A DNA stretch of 64,000 nucleotides, taken from positions 1,922,001 through 1,986,000 of the forward strand of contig JBLDXI010000020.1 of assembly GCA_047495785.1 (NCBI GenBank). Reading direction: 5' to 3'. Within the stretch, counting starts at the first letter, position 1; each line of letters begins with the position of its first letter. Source of the stretch: Lepidodermella squamata. Its lineage: Eukaryota > Animalia > Gastrotricha. The notes beneath the pieces were generated by a model. The model searched no databases, was not told the DNA's origin, and worked only from the letters and a program-made list of their open reading frames with translations. Below, one piece after another: positions 1 to 13,334 of the stretch. The translations under genes were made by a program, and so were the position numbers.

Positions 1-3000
1 TAGTCGTTGGCCATCGCACAGATGTGAGACAGGTAATACGCGTTATACTATAGCCAAACATTATTACTATAGCCGGGGTGTTGTTTTAGCCTGAAGAGCC
101 GGGCGCGTACAATTTCGGGAAGCCACCTTAATAGCGGGCCACGTGGCGCGCCGATCGTTGCGCAACCGGGCAGGTGCGCAAAATTGACTTGACAAGCGCG
201 AAGAAACCTGTCATTGACGCTAATACGATGACACGACCGTTGGTGGTCGCCATTCGGAAGCTGGGCTATCCGTTCAGTAAACACCTCGGTAGAAAGGCGC
301 CGCGGCCTTTTGGGTAACTGAGACGCAGCCGCAGCGGCCGCGAAAATTCCGGCGCACGTTCGACACTTCAACGAGCGACGGCGCGCACTCGCGGATTTTT
401 GACTCAGATTATATTTTCATTGCCGCGCTCGGCTATTGACGCGACGGATTATTTTGGTCTACTGCCGGCGTCTGATTGCATCACTCGCAAAAATAATTGT
501 TTTCGAGGCGCAGTTCCTGGGCGAGCGCGCCCTGTAATAAAGTTAAATGGCGCTCTTGGAACCGGCCGCTCGGCGCCACCATTATCATCATCATCATCGT
601 GGCGAGCATCATCATCATGGTGCGCCCCTCAAAATCTGTGTCGTAAAATCGCGCGATGACAATAATAACCCGCATTGTGTAAATGAGAGACTCGTTAGTT
701 GCCGCCTCGATGGTCGCAGCTAAATTTCCGCGCACCACGGCCGCCGTCATCGCCCGGAAAATTTACTACTGCTTCAAGAGGCGCATCGCGACAGATTGCG
801 CGCGCGGGCGGGCGGGTGCGCGCATCCACCACGCGCGCAAAATGGGAATGAGCGCGCGTGTGCAATTCAATCAACGATTTTTACACAGTTATTTATCATC
901 ATTATCTCAGCGCGATCATCTCGTCGTAAGTGCAACCGAGTCAGCCACTTACTTCAGCAGCAGCAGCAGCAATTTAACACAATGACGAAACAAGCAACGC
1001 CCGGCGGCTATGAAAAGTTCACAACATATGTTTGGCGCTTATTATAGCCGGTGTTTTGCGCACAGTTGCGTGTTATTTTTCAATTAATTCCTAGCCACCT
1101 TTTCGATAAAAATCGCGCACATACCTCTACACATTATGAGGTCGATCAAGGTGGCGCGGATATTTTGATAGTACCATGTGCGCATCGCAGTGCATCGATT
1201 AATAATTATTATTTTCGCTACTAGCGTGTAACCAAGCTTGAATAAACAAACGTGTGTTGTTATTCGATGATGAGCCAAAGTAATAATAATAATACCTAAT
1301 AACGAGCTACCTACTACACCACTGGCAATCGTCACTCAATCCACCGGAGTCGGCTTGATAACCGTTATTATTCTACCGGCGCCGGCCAAGCGTGGCGGCG
1401 TATATATATATATATATATATCGATAGGCACGTCTAGTTATAAGGCAAAGAGATAATACAAATAAGCTGAAAATTGCCTCGTATTACCTCGGTGAATATC
1501 GACACCGTGGAATCGCTACTTTGATGCGTTGATGAACTGTAAATATTTCCGCTGGTGCGCGCGCGAACCTGCTCGGCAATTAAAACGCTCGCCTAAACAC
1601 GCGAATGGATTGGTATTATTAAACAAAAAGCAGCGCGCAAAAAGGTGATGCGTCGAGTGATACGCGCCAGATTTTCGGTGCACGCGTGCCGTTTAGCGGT
1701 AGGCCCGAGCGGGTGCGCCGTGTTTGTTGTGCCGGGCGCTGCCGCCGTGGCGCAAAGGCGCACGCGGCGTCAAAGATCTTAAACACCCTGGCACGCGCTC
1801 GTGATTTTCCCGATACACTAACTACTACTATACTAATATAACCGTTAAACGATATTATAAATACTTATACACACGAGTATATTTAACTACAGGTTGCTGA
1901 TAGACTCGATACTGTTATGTGTTTATACAAAAATTGGTGCGCATCTAATCGGCGGAAATAAAAGCGGTGGCGGCGCACCACCGCGCGTGTTTAAACGAGC
2001 TAAAAACAACGATGATATACGCTCGCTCGCACATAATATATTATACACACTACTTAATCACCCTGTAATAAAGTCTTCAAATTGATAATGGACAAGAAAA
2101 GTGCGCACGCTTATAGTATAGTGCAAATTCACTGGCGATATCGATAACTTGGCGGCGTCGATTGAAAAAATGCAAATGTGCGTGATTATTAGCTGGTAAT
2201 AAACTTGTTATTGTGGGTTGAAGTGCGCGCTTTTTTGCGCTAATCGATAAAATCAGAAGCCACATGCCATGCGCTTCGCCAGAATGTTGTTGGTGAATGC
2301 TAAGTGTGGTACCCATCATAAACACCGAACGAAAATCCTGGAAAAATAATGGAACTACCCGGGAATAAATACCGAAAAATGATATTAACGAGGCGAATAA
2401 TAGAAAAATCGTGTTTTTGGTGAATGAATTTTCATGAGGCTAATTGATGCGCCATAAAAACCTGCATAGGTACTTTGAGTTTATCCCAGTTCAAATACAG
2501 GTATTCCTGTTCGTGAGTAACTAATTTGCTTAAAAGCTCGGACAAGGCGGGGTAATTCCGGGCTGTTCAGTGTGAATATTGAAATAATGTTCGAATTTCA
2601 CAGGGATAGAGGTACAATTTAATAATAACCATCGAGTAAATTCGGGATGGGGGAGGAGGGGTATTATAAAAAATTAATTCATTGAACTTGAATTCTGTCC
2701 GAAATTATTTATAACAAAATTTCCATTATGACCCATTCCCTGCGGAAATTTGCATATTCAAATTGTACTGCCCTGAAACTAAATTCGGTGCGCTTTGCTT
2801 TGCGCTTTGATTTGCGCTTTGCTTTGCGCTTCTTTAAACCAAAAAGTATCACACGAGTGAAGAGTTCAAATGGAACCTGATGTCGAAGTTCGCAGAGAGA
2901 TCCTTTTTTCGTTTTCCAAAGCCAAAAAGGTCCAGGATACGATAACTTTGCTGTATATAATTTTTATTTCATGCATTCATTTCAAATAATTTCACTCGCA

Positions 3001-3095
3001 CTATTTTTTTCATGAAAAATCAAAATAAAATAATAAAGCTATAAAACTATCACAAATTTTACAATAGCTATATATAAAAATTAAATTAAAAATAA

Positions 3096-3559
3096 TTAAT
3101 TGAGTTTACAACCCATCTGTAGCAGAATCAGTTTGTCTTTCAGCGAGCTTTGGACACATTGGAACAATTTCGTCAGATTTTTCTAAATAGATGAAAAAAA
3201 TTGAGTAAAATATGAAAAAAATCATAAAATTCGCTGGTTACCTTGAAGCATTTCATGCACGATTTATCTGCTGTTCGGGTTGTTTCACTCTCTATCCAAG
3301 TTGCCAACCGTCTCGGCAGGGGCGCCTTCGTTGTCGGAGGTTCAGTCGGAGGCGGTGTAGCTTTCTCCGTCGCGTTTTTATCAATTCTATTCAGAATATC
3401 GACTAAATTGATGGCTGTCCGCATGCTGATTCGATATTTACTCGGCTTTTTGACTGTTCCATCACTCGACGAACCCGATGGGGCGAAATTAGCGCTTTCG
3501 GACGAGGCGATTGCGCAACAAATTGAGGCGAGGCAGGTAATTAATACTGTTAAATTCAT
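3096..3559 (-). CDS. Secreted 4-Cys peptide precursor, family A (C-x2-C subtype)
   Basis: Signal peptide MNLTVLITCLASICCAIA. Exon 1 3559-3242, GT-AG intron 3241-3183, exon 2 3182-3096 gives ...SCMKCFK|KNLTKLFQCVQSSLKDKLILLQMGCKLN*. Paralogue of the 6729 gene with the same intron position. Confidence 0.8.
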
Positions 3560-4107
3560 TATTTTATTAAAAAATCTATGAATTAAGATTATAAAATCAT
3601 TAAAGCTAGAATAAGGTCACGCGCCCAAACAGGAAATGAGATTTGCCATATAATTCGACAAAAATCCAAAATAAATAGCAAAAGTCCGTAAGCGAATTTC
3701 GGCGTTCCATGGAAATGACGCAGTCACGAGTCACATCGATGACATTTTGATGAATTCAAGGAATTTGCCGTGTCTGCAGGGGTTATAATATCGGATTTCG
3801 CATTTTGTCTCGAAAATGCAGCTTGAAAATTAATTAGCAAATCCGATAATGTTATTTTGATCCCGCTCATGGCATGTATTTTTGCCAAAAAAACACGCAT
3901 TTTCTCACTTGTGCGATGATTCATTGCAAAATCGATCTTATAATGTATATAGATTTTTCGCGAATATAACACGACAAAAAAAATCGATCGAGTTGCCTTG
4001 ACAACGGCGACGCACATGTGCGAATAAAACAATTCGAGTGGATAAAAAACTTAGTGCAAGCTACCAATAGAGATATATAGTAACAAAATCGAACTGTATT
4101 CTTAACG

Positions 4108-6244
4108 ATGGGCCAGGGAAACAGCAAATTTTCGTGCGAGGAATTCTGCTGCTCACAGGGTGTTACAAATATCGGCGAGGAGTGGATCAAAGAGCATGGA
4201 TCTTTATACCAAAATGACCAGCTGCCGAATAAGGTTCGAAAATTCTAAAAAAAATTGCCAATATTTTTACCTGGATTTTTTTAGATTGAGAAATGTTTCG
4301 AAATTACGATAGAAATTTTCTCAATGTTTCACATATTTATCGCAGTTGGAATTTTGATTTTCGGAATCTACACCTACGCCCTTCGAAATGAAATCCAGCA
4401 CGGGACAAGTAAAATGGCTCAAGACGGCTTCATCTACCAACTAACCATGGTCCCGGTGTACCTAATAGTCATGGGTTGTCTCGTGATAATAACGTCAGTT
4501 CTCGGTCTTGCTGGTGTTTTTCGCCACCATTTACCGCTATTGATGACCTACTTGATCTTGCTGTTCACCTATTCGATACTTCAACTGATCTTCGCATGCA
4601 TCGCACTGACCCAGCGGAATAGGATCGAGGCTTCTATTTACAACTATTTTTCCGGCGATGCTATTGTCAACTATCGCGAGGATATCGACCTTCAAAACAT
4701 CATTGGTAATTTTGATAAATTGATTTTGGTAATTGGTTACTTTTGACATAAATTTGGCATAAATATACATAATTATGTAAACATTTCAAATCACACTTTT
4801 CAATTAATTCGAGTTGGAATCATTGGGAAATTTTACATTACTAGTACGCTTTCGGTTTATAAAGCAAATACGTGCTTCCGATGACGTAGGCATTTTTTCC
4901 CCTTGAAAATGGTTATTGGTGAAGTTCAAGGGTCTATAATCGAACTTGGTAATACCCCAAACACGACCTAACCCTAACCCTAACCCTAGCCCGAACCCTG
5001 ACAACTAAGCCTATAATCCTAACCCCAATTCCTAATCATCGTTTTGCTAAAAAAAATTTAGCCAAAATCGGTTCGGAAAATTGAATTACACTAAATGGTC
5101 ATGAATGCTGCTTGGCATTACTTGGTTTCGGGTAAAATTTACTGTCAGATTTTTTTATACTATAATTAAGGCTGTCGATAAACTCAGACATTTGTCTGAT
5201 GTCTGAAATGGAAAAAGTTTCACCCCGCTCAAAAATTGACTTGAATGGAGCGTGGACCTTGAAGAGCTTCGGCGGGGCTGAAGTGCCTCTCTAAAGCAAT
5301 GAAGCGACTTTTATATCGAAAAATGATGAAACCAAAATTTCAGTGTTTGATTACTTCATAGGTTCGCATGAAAAGTAGTCTGCTTAAGCATAAATAAAAT
5401 AATCAAGTTGGAGACGTCAAATAATGCGAGGATACGCTAGTATTAATAATATATAAATTGTATGAATTAACCGAGGAACGGGGATTAAACAAATTAACAC
5501 CTAAAAAACTTGCGGAAGTTGGTTTTCGAGGATTGCGGAAGTGTGAATGCAAAGTAGAGGTTATTCCCAGACACTTTTCATTGTAATTCGGGCGTAAAAT
5601 GTAAAATATGTGCACCCACATTTTGTCCCATTAATTTGCCTGCAAATTCGGAAGGAAAAATCGAGTTATAAAATAGAAAATTGTAAATTAAAATCCCAAA
5701 ATTTCCAGATTATTTTCAAATCGAATACGATTGCTGTGGCGCTTCCGACGGGGCCGGCTACCTGGATTGGAGCAAAAATCCGTATTTCAAGTGCACGAGT
5801 GGCAACCCGAGTGTCGAAAGGTGCGGCGTGCCGTATTCTTGCTGTTTAAACTCGACTATCGACGACATGGGCCCGAAAAACACCTATTGCGGGTTCGAAG
5901 CTCAACGCAAAACTGTCGAAGCCGCTGGAAAATACATAGCCACCCAAGGATGCGTATCAACAGTTTTCACTAAGATGGCTTATTACGGTAAAAAAACATC
6001 ACGTGCAAAAAACGATTGAATTATTTTTTAATTTTAAGGTGGAGCGATAGTTGCGGCAATCTGCGCGTTAATAATCGTCCCAATCGTGTTGGAAATTATG
6101 TTGGTTCTGCTGATTCGAGACGTTTACGATGAAATGCGGGCCTACAAAGAATGGGAACGGGCTATGATGAGTAATGACCCCAAAGTCCGAGCTAGGGCAG
6201 AAGCAGCAGCGGAAACCGCGGCCGAAGACACTTCGCCACTGTAA
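4108..6244 (+). CDS. Tetraspanin, TspanC8-type (TSPAN5/14/15/17/33-like)
   Basis: Exons 4108-4233, 4285-4705, 5709-5987, 6039-6244. Four hydrophobic segments; large loop has CCG, ERCGVPYSCC, YCG and GC, totalling 8 Cys. Confidence 0.9.
4803..5050. repeat. Dispersed repeat with telomere-like (TAACCC)n core in tetraspanin intron
   Basis: cctaaccctaaccctaaccctagccc at about 4967-4992. Flanks (aattcgagttgga, atcatcgttttgcta) match the reverse complement of 22455-22620. Confidence 0.6.
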
Positions 6245-6728
6245 TGAAGTTATAAAAATGACGTGACTTTAGGAGCCAAAAATAAATGTCTATGCATTAA
6301 TCGAATATTCTGCTTAATTTACATGTAAAATTAGAACTTCACCCGATGAACTTTTTCCTTTTAAATAAAGCCAAAAATATTTAATTAGTACTAATTGAGT
6401 CTGAGTATTTTTTCTTAATTGGCGCGGTCATTTTCCGGGCTGAAAAAATGTCCGCAAAACCACGGTGGGCGTTACGCGAGACGGGGCATTTCTGTAAATA
6501 AAATAAACAGAGCGTGACGTGTTACACTCAACTTGATTTAATTATTCGCGTGACGTGCTGATTTAATTTTTGGCTATTTCCCGCCTGTCTATGGTTACGT
6601 TATATATTATCCTATTTCCGGCATTTCGTAACTTGCGAAATGGGCATGGCTTATAATCCTGAGATGAAGTCAATTTTTTCGATTATTTCTCTTCTTCTTC
6701 TTCAATCAGTTTTATAGGTTTTGTAAAT

Positions 6729-7167
6729 ATGAATTCAACCTTGATTTTTTCCATTTTTGCGGCCTTTATCCTGGCTATAGGACATGTATCGGCTCAGGAT
6801 TTGCCGAATTTCGCTATCGATGCCAACAAGGCGCTGGCTATTGTTGATCAATTAGAGGCCTTGAAGGCGAACAATTACCAACCGAAACCAACAAATACAC
6901 CTAAAAATGACACAAAAGTCGAGCTATCGAAGCAAACATCAAAGAAATTGGCGAATAAGCTTGAATCGAACCTTCGACGCGCCACCAATCAGGCATGCTT
7001 GACTTGCTTCAAGGTAAAAGAATTCAAAGTAAAAATTGAAAATTTATTCTCCAATTTTCCAGGGAAATTTGCCGAAACTCTTGCGATGCTTGGGATCAGA
7101 GCTTCGCGAAGCTATTATTTTCATCCAATTTTCATCATGTGCCGGAGCAACGTTTGCGAATTTCTGA
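6729..7167 (+). CDS. Secreted 4-Cys peptide precursor, family A (C-x2-C subtype)
   Basis: Signal peptide MNSTLIFSIFAAFILAIGHVSA. Intron 7014-7062; spliced C-terminus LRRATNQACLTCFK|GNLPKLLRCLGSELREAIIFIQFSSCAGATFANF*. Dibasic RR precedes the Cys domain. Confidence 0.8.
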
Positions 7168-7342
7168 GCATTTCTGCCCAGTCAATGGCATTTTATTCAT
7201 GTGACTACAATTTTTCAAAATAGCGTAGTTTTTTCGCATTCGAGATGAATAGCCTTTTCACAGTATCCATACAACCCTAGTAACGCTCATTTTCTCAGCA
7301 CTTATTTTTTGGCAGAATAAAAACAAACAATTTTTTTCGAAA

Positions 7343-9167
7343 ATGGGAAATGGCTGTTACAAGATTTATATGTTACTATGCTCCGAACGCGAGAGCGAAA
7401 TCGGGGAAAAGTACATAAAGGCCATTCGAAAGGACAACAACGAACAGTTGTCCGATCGAGTCCAATGGGGCTTCAACTGGGCCGTCATTTTAATTTCCTG
7501 TTTTCACTTTCTCGTCGCAATTGGCATTCTGATTTTCGGAATTTACACCTACGCCCTTCGCCAGGATGTTCAGCGCGGGAAGGAAAGCCTATCAGACGAC
7601 ACAGTCATCCATCAACTCAGCCTTGTCCCAAATTACTTGATCGGCATCGGCTGTATCGTATCGGTGGTGTCGTTAATCGGTGTCGCTGGCATTATGAGGC
7701 ACAATGTGCCGTTGATGATTTTTTACCTGGCTTTTCTCGTGACCTACACTGTCCTCCAGCTGATTTGCGCGATTATTGCCCTGACAATGTGGACACGCAT
7801 GAATGCTTTCATCTATAATTACTTCTCGTCCACGGCCATTGTCAAATACCGCGACGATATTGACCTTCAAAATCTAATCGGTAACGAAAATTTAGTTCAT
7901 CGATTTTCGTTGCGATCGATTTTATGTATCGATTTTAAAAATCAGTGATTTTTCCAAGATTAGGACTTATGAACTTTTGAAATTGTCTACAACCTTATAG
8001 GGTATTGGTAACTAAACTAACTTCTTAGAAGAGAGGGAAAAGTCCAAATTGCAAAAATCGGATCTTCAGCACTAGAATTTAAATTTAAATTTTAAATTTA
8101 AAAATGCTTATTTTTAAACGGTGTGGCTATTGGCACATAATTATGTGCCTCTTATTGGCTATTGGCACATACATTATGTGCCCCTTAATGGCTATTGGCA
8201 CATAACATTTTTCATTTAACTGCTTTTTTCGGGAGTTCAATTCCCAGATACCAGCATTTCAACCTTGCAGTAGCAATCTAGGGGCGGCGAATTCACTGGA
8301 ATCGTCGGATTTCACGTAACTATGCGATAGACTTCAGATACTCTACTTGGGCTACCCATTGGATGACGGATACCCCGATTTGCGGGCCCATGACTGCAAT
8401 TTCGATATCGCCATTCGATTCCCCGTTGACGAAAACCCTAATATCAATACTCGTGGAACATTTCGATGCGTGACTTTCTAAAACATCGAAAATTGAAATT
8501 AGCGTTATGTGCCAATAGCCAATAAGAGGCACATAATTATGTGCCAATAGCAACACCCATTTTTAAATTTAGCTTTTAGATATTAAATCAAAATTTCAAA
8601 AATAAATTTTTTTATTGCAGATTTTGTGCAAATGTCCTTTGAATGCTGCGGAGGTTCAGACGGTACTGGCTATCAAGACTGGAACAAAAATGTTTATTTC
8701 ACCTGCGACCAGAAAAATCCGAGCTTCGAGCGATGTGCCGTGCCGTATTCTTGCTGCAAAGTTCCTCTCGATGAGGTGACAAAAAATCCGAAAATGATGT
8801 GCGGCTTCAACGGGCAGCAACTCACCACTGACGCAAAAGACCCACCAATTTACTTCAAAGGCTGCGTTCAAAAAGTTTTCGATACAATATCAAACTACAG
8901 TGAGTCGGAAATTTATTTCGATTTTTTTTAATAATTTTTTTTTATAATTAAGGTGGCTATTTGGTCGTTGCGATTTGCTGCCTGGTTCTGGTACCAATCG
9001 CCCTAGAAATCATGCTGGCCATCCTGCTGAGGGACGTTCGTGAAGAACGAGAGGGTTTCAAACTATGGCTCGAGGCGAAAGAACGAGGCGATGCTCTTGC
9101 TATTAAGGTCGAGGCAGAAATGGAAGCGGAAGAGCGCGCTGCGGGCATGGCGGATGATCGGCTCTAG
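7343..9167 (+). CDS. Tetraspanin, TspanC8-type, paralogue of 4108-6244
   Basis: Exons 7343-7880, 8621-8899, 8953-9167. CCG and ERCAVPYSCC motifs, 8 loop Cys; shares YRDDIDLQNLI and LVPIALEIMLAILLRDV-like segments with the first copy. Confidence 0.9.
8119..8558. mobile_element. MITE-like element in tetraspanin intron
   Basis: About 50-bp terminal inverted repeats ggtgtggctattggcacataattatgtgcctcttattggctattggcacata, reverse complement at about 8505-8558; no convincing ORF. Confidence 0.75.
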
Positions 9168-9363
9168 AATAAACGTTACACAGCTGCTTAATGTGGCAAA
9201 TGTTCTGCCGGTGTCAAAGCTTTTGCTATGTTTTCAGACTATACGGATAGTAAATAAAAATAAAGAGTTACAAAAATACGCTGCGTTTACACAGTTGCTG
9301 TTTTTGCAGTTATAACTAGGCTAAAAATTGAAAATAATCTTATTATAATAATTTTCGAAAAAA

Positions 9364-11888
9364 ATGGAAATAATTCTTCTAATTATCTGCGTTGTCGCCG
9401 TCCTTTCAAATGAGACAGGTAATTAAGAGGAAAATTCCGCTGAATTAATCAATTATTTTCGGAAATTATCTAGGTCAAGATAATCAAATAATAATGCCAG
9501 CTCATGACCCACTTTGGTTTTTATTTCGCAAAAAAGAAACTCCGCCGAGATTAGGAAAAGTTTTCCACTACGTAAATTCGACAAAATCAACCCCGAAATC
9601 CACCATACAGGCTACGTCGACCAAGCCGCCGACTACTGCTGACACTCGAAGCGATAAACCTGAGCCGCCCATGTCGAATGAAAATCGAATAAAGCGGATG
9701 TTGTTGACTGAAAATGATTACTATGACAAGACATCGCGGCCGGTCGATGAAGATGCCCACAATGTGACGGTTCAAATCGGCATTTCTCTCTTCCACATTT
9801 TGGAAATGGATGAAAAATTTCAAACCATCACCTTCCTTCTCGCAGTTCGGCTGGTGAATTTAATTTAAATTATTAAAATTTTACTAATTAATTTTAATTT
9901 TCAGAGATGGAATGACGCAAATTTGAAGTGAGTTAAAAATTCGAAAATTCTGGATTTTTCATTTTTTTTTAAATTAGTTGGGATCCTGATGACTACAACG
10001 AGTTGGACAAAATCCTTGTCCCTTCAGAGACATTATGGCGGCCGGATATTCGAATCGCAAATTCAGTCGATTACGCCGAACCAGCGGCCACAAATGCCAT
10101 CATCTACTCCTCAGGCGATGTTCTCTGGATGTCACCACAAAGCATCAAACTCTACTGCTCTTTGGACCTTCGAAATTTCCCATTCGTAAAATCTCCAAAT
10201 TAAAACTTCAAGTACACTATATTTTTGTTTAGGATACCCAACATTGTGAAATTCAATTTTTTTCTTGGACGTATAACGGCTTCCAAGTTGACCTAATTCC
10301 GGAACCAGGTCAATCCAGTTTTTATTCCGGCGAGAACCAGGAATGGACGATTCGCAATATTACGAGTCATAGAAGCGTCGCCTTTTACCCATGTTGCCCT
10401 GAACCTTACCCGATCGTCAGCTTTGGCGTCAACATCAAACGCGGGGCAATGTTCTACATTTTCAACCTTATTTTTCCGTAAATTTAGAAAACTGCTAAAA
10501 TATTTTTTGAATTTTTTATATTTTAGTTGTGTGTTGATTTATGGGGTTGCCTTGCTTGGATTTTTCCTACCGATTCAATCAATTGAAAAAATTAATTTGG
10601 AGGTAACTGTTTTGCTGGCTCAAGTCGTCTTTCTGCAAGTAATTGGCGATACGATGCCTGCGAATCCTGAAAAATTGCCCCTGCTTGGCTGGCTGTAATC
10701 AACTTTTTTCACAAGTTTTCCCAACTTTGAGCTGCCAATTATTTTTAGTTACGCAGCAACTATGCTTCTGGTTTCAATCGAACTCGTAACCGCTGTAATG
10801 GTGACCAACATATACTACAAAGGAAAACACGGCGAGACTGTGCCTTATTGGTTTTATAAAATTATTTTCTGGAACAAAATCAATCAAAGGTGTTGGACGT
10901 GTGGGAAGCTTAGATTCGTATGTTCCTTTCGACCTCATAAACTATGTCTCTTAGTTCCATGAACTAGATCCTATACCAAGGAAACAAAATTAATGCCAAA
11001 AATCTCGACGAGGAAAAGGTGAAATCACAAAAGTTTCATAAAAGCACGGTAATTTTTTTGAAAAATCCTCCTTAAAAAATTATTTTCTTATTTTTTCCAA
11101 AGATTGCGAGCTTGGCTGATAAGGCCTTTCAATTAATTCGGTTGGGTAAAGATGCGAATCTGGAACACAAAGATGTTTTGACATCTCTAAAGGATGACCA
11201 AAAGCGAAATAATAGATCCAGCAGTGGTCATTACTACAAGAAAGTAGCAGCTCCTCCGGCTTACCAACCTCGGCCTGTGGCCAGCCTCGAGGAAACCCGG
11301 CAAAAATCAATGTCCCTAATCGATTTAGCTTCAAATTTACGTAAATCGACGCTGAAAAAGATGATAAATGAGCCTGTTAGACAGCAGGTCAGATTTGGAC
11401 ACCCTGATCAAAGTAGGTTGACCTCGCAAAAACGAGCCACCTCGGCAACTTCGGTTCATTTGCCCCCAGGAAAAATCCAATACCATCACCAAGCTAACGG
11501 ATTCGATGCAGTGTCTTATGTGGAACCGAATAATGCCCATCACCGTCGTAGAAGGTTTCACCAGGTTGAGCCCGTTGTTTTGATGCCTCCAAAGCCGGTT
11601 CTGATTGAAAATAGCAACGGTGGTAGTCGGAAGAGTTCTATTCAAAGCAACCAACTCGATCAAATTTCTCTCATGTACCAAGCTGATTCGGCTGATGACC
11701 ATGGCATGGGGCCGCATGGTGGCGGGAAAATGAATAACGTCATTCGAACAAGCGAGGGTTGTATTCACATTATCATTTCGTGGCGTGAAACTGCTGAACG
11801 GCTGGATGGTCAACTTTTCTGGGTATTTGTCATCGCTAGTATTGCTGTGTTCGGATTCCTGCTATCGAGTGCTCAGGAGAAGGATTAG
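9364..11888 (+). CDS. Nicotinic acetylcholine receptor-like alpha subunit (Cys-loop channel), divergent
   Basis: Multi-exon gene. Signal peptide, YDKTSRPV, LWRPDI, Cys-loop CSLDLRNFPF|DTQHC, loop B SWTY, vicinal YPCCPEPY, M1-M3, long intracellular loop, M4 after WRETAERLD. Includes a 23-nt micro-exon at 9905-9927. Confidence 0.93.
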
Positions 11889-13334
11889 AACTGCGTGTAA
11901 CAGAATGTGTGCGAAATGTATTTCAGCCTGTGTAAATTTAATTATGTTATTTCCTCTTTTTCGTCTTATTCCAGCTCATTTTCTCGTTATATTGCGCACG
12001 AGACAAAAATTATACAAAAAATACGCTGAAATGAAAGAAGTGCGGAAGACGCAGGCGTTTTTTTCGGCTATAACAACATTATTATTTTTCTCTCGTTGAT
12101 ATTCGAAAATGCAATGAAGGAAGAACGATCGATGCAGATAACTAGCTGGGCGATATGATGAAAGAAGCTCGTGATGAGCGGCTTATTTCTCTCTTCGTCA
12201 TCGATGTCGAAAGCTATATTGAGGGAGTGGCGATTTTCGATTCTTGATAATATAACATCATCTCAAACTTGATTTCCTATTAAAATCTCAATTTTATCAT
12301 AATTAAACATTAGGGTGATCGATTTTTATTACCTGCGCATTATTTTTTTTCCATCTAACCCACTTACAAAATATGATTGAGCTTTTTATAGCTTCGGGGT
12401 CGATTTCAGGATGTAAAAGTGAGAATAAGTAGGCGAATATGGTGAATATTTTATAAGCTCATCAAATCTTTTCTTTTTACAACGGCGCTGTGGTATATTT
12501 ACTTTTGTCATTTACCTACTGCTACGTAAATGCACCTGAAAATCACTTTAATAATGGCGCAAATCGATACTGAAGGTGTATCAATATTATACTGCGCAGC
12601 ATCTCGTTTCACATTCCCTGCTCATAAATTTTCATGTGTGGGAGAAAAAAGTTGGAAATTTTTTTCAGTATACCTATAGGCGCTTCTGTAATTGACGCGC
12701 GTCTTGTTTTTTTTTGTGAAAATGACCTTCGAACCAAATTCGCACTAAGATACTCGAATTTCGCTTTCAAATCGCGCAAAAACAATCTCGCGTCAAAAAT
12801 CGCCTTTGGCGTGTTGTGATTAGCTCTCTTTTACGACATCGCGGATAAAATTTAAAAAAAATCACGAGTCCTAAATTCTCGTTGCATATTTATACAGATG
12901 TTGCCGTATATTACGTTTGCATTTTACAATGCGAAATGTTACGAAGTTGCTATGGCGTCTTGCACTTGTGGCCACTCGAGCAGTGCCATGTTTTAGGCGA
13001 ACAATGCCTATCAAAGCGCTTTATTAATAGGGCATCTTGTGTATAGTAGCTCGCGCGTTAAAAAAGTGGGCCAGAAAAAATGCGCACAAGTTTTTTAGTG
13101 CACCTATAAATCATTCTTGGCGCGCGCTTAGCATAATATACACAATTCACAATTATTCACGCGCGGATTTTTCGTAAACACGTAAACACACCCCGCAATA
13201 CTTTATTAACACTATGCTGATAACATTTTTTAATGGGCATATCTTTATCTAAATTGGGCTGATAAGTCACGGTTTTTAACCCCTCATCATCAACAATTTT
13301 TCCGCTTGAGTAGGCATTTTTTCTCGACTTTATA

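Noticed and set aside
1-2330. Many short ORFs in a CpG-rich stretch
   Set aside because: No recognisable motifs or consistent splice model; more likely intronic or regulatory DNA. A possible donor at about 32 is too weak to call.
4960-5035. Telomere or chromosome fusion site
   Set aside because: Short, degenerate and embedded in a dispersed repeat inside an intron.
11950-12630. Possible small minus-strand spliced gene
   Set aside because: Splice-like sites exist, but no combination I tried gave a convincing ORF.
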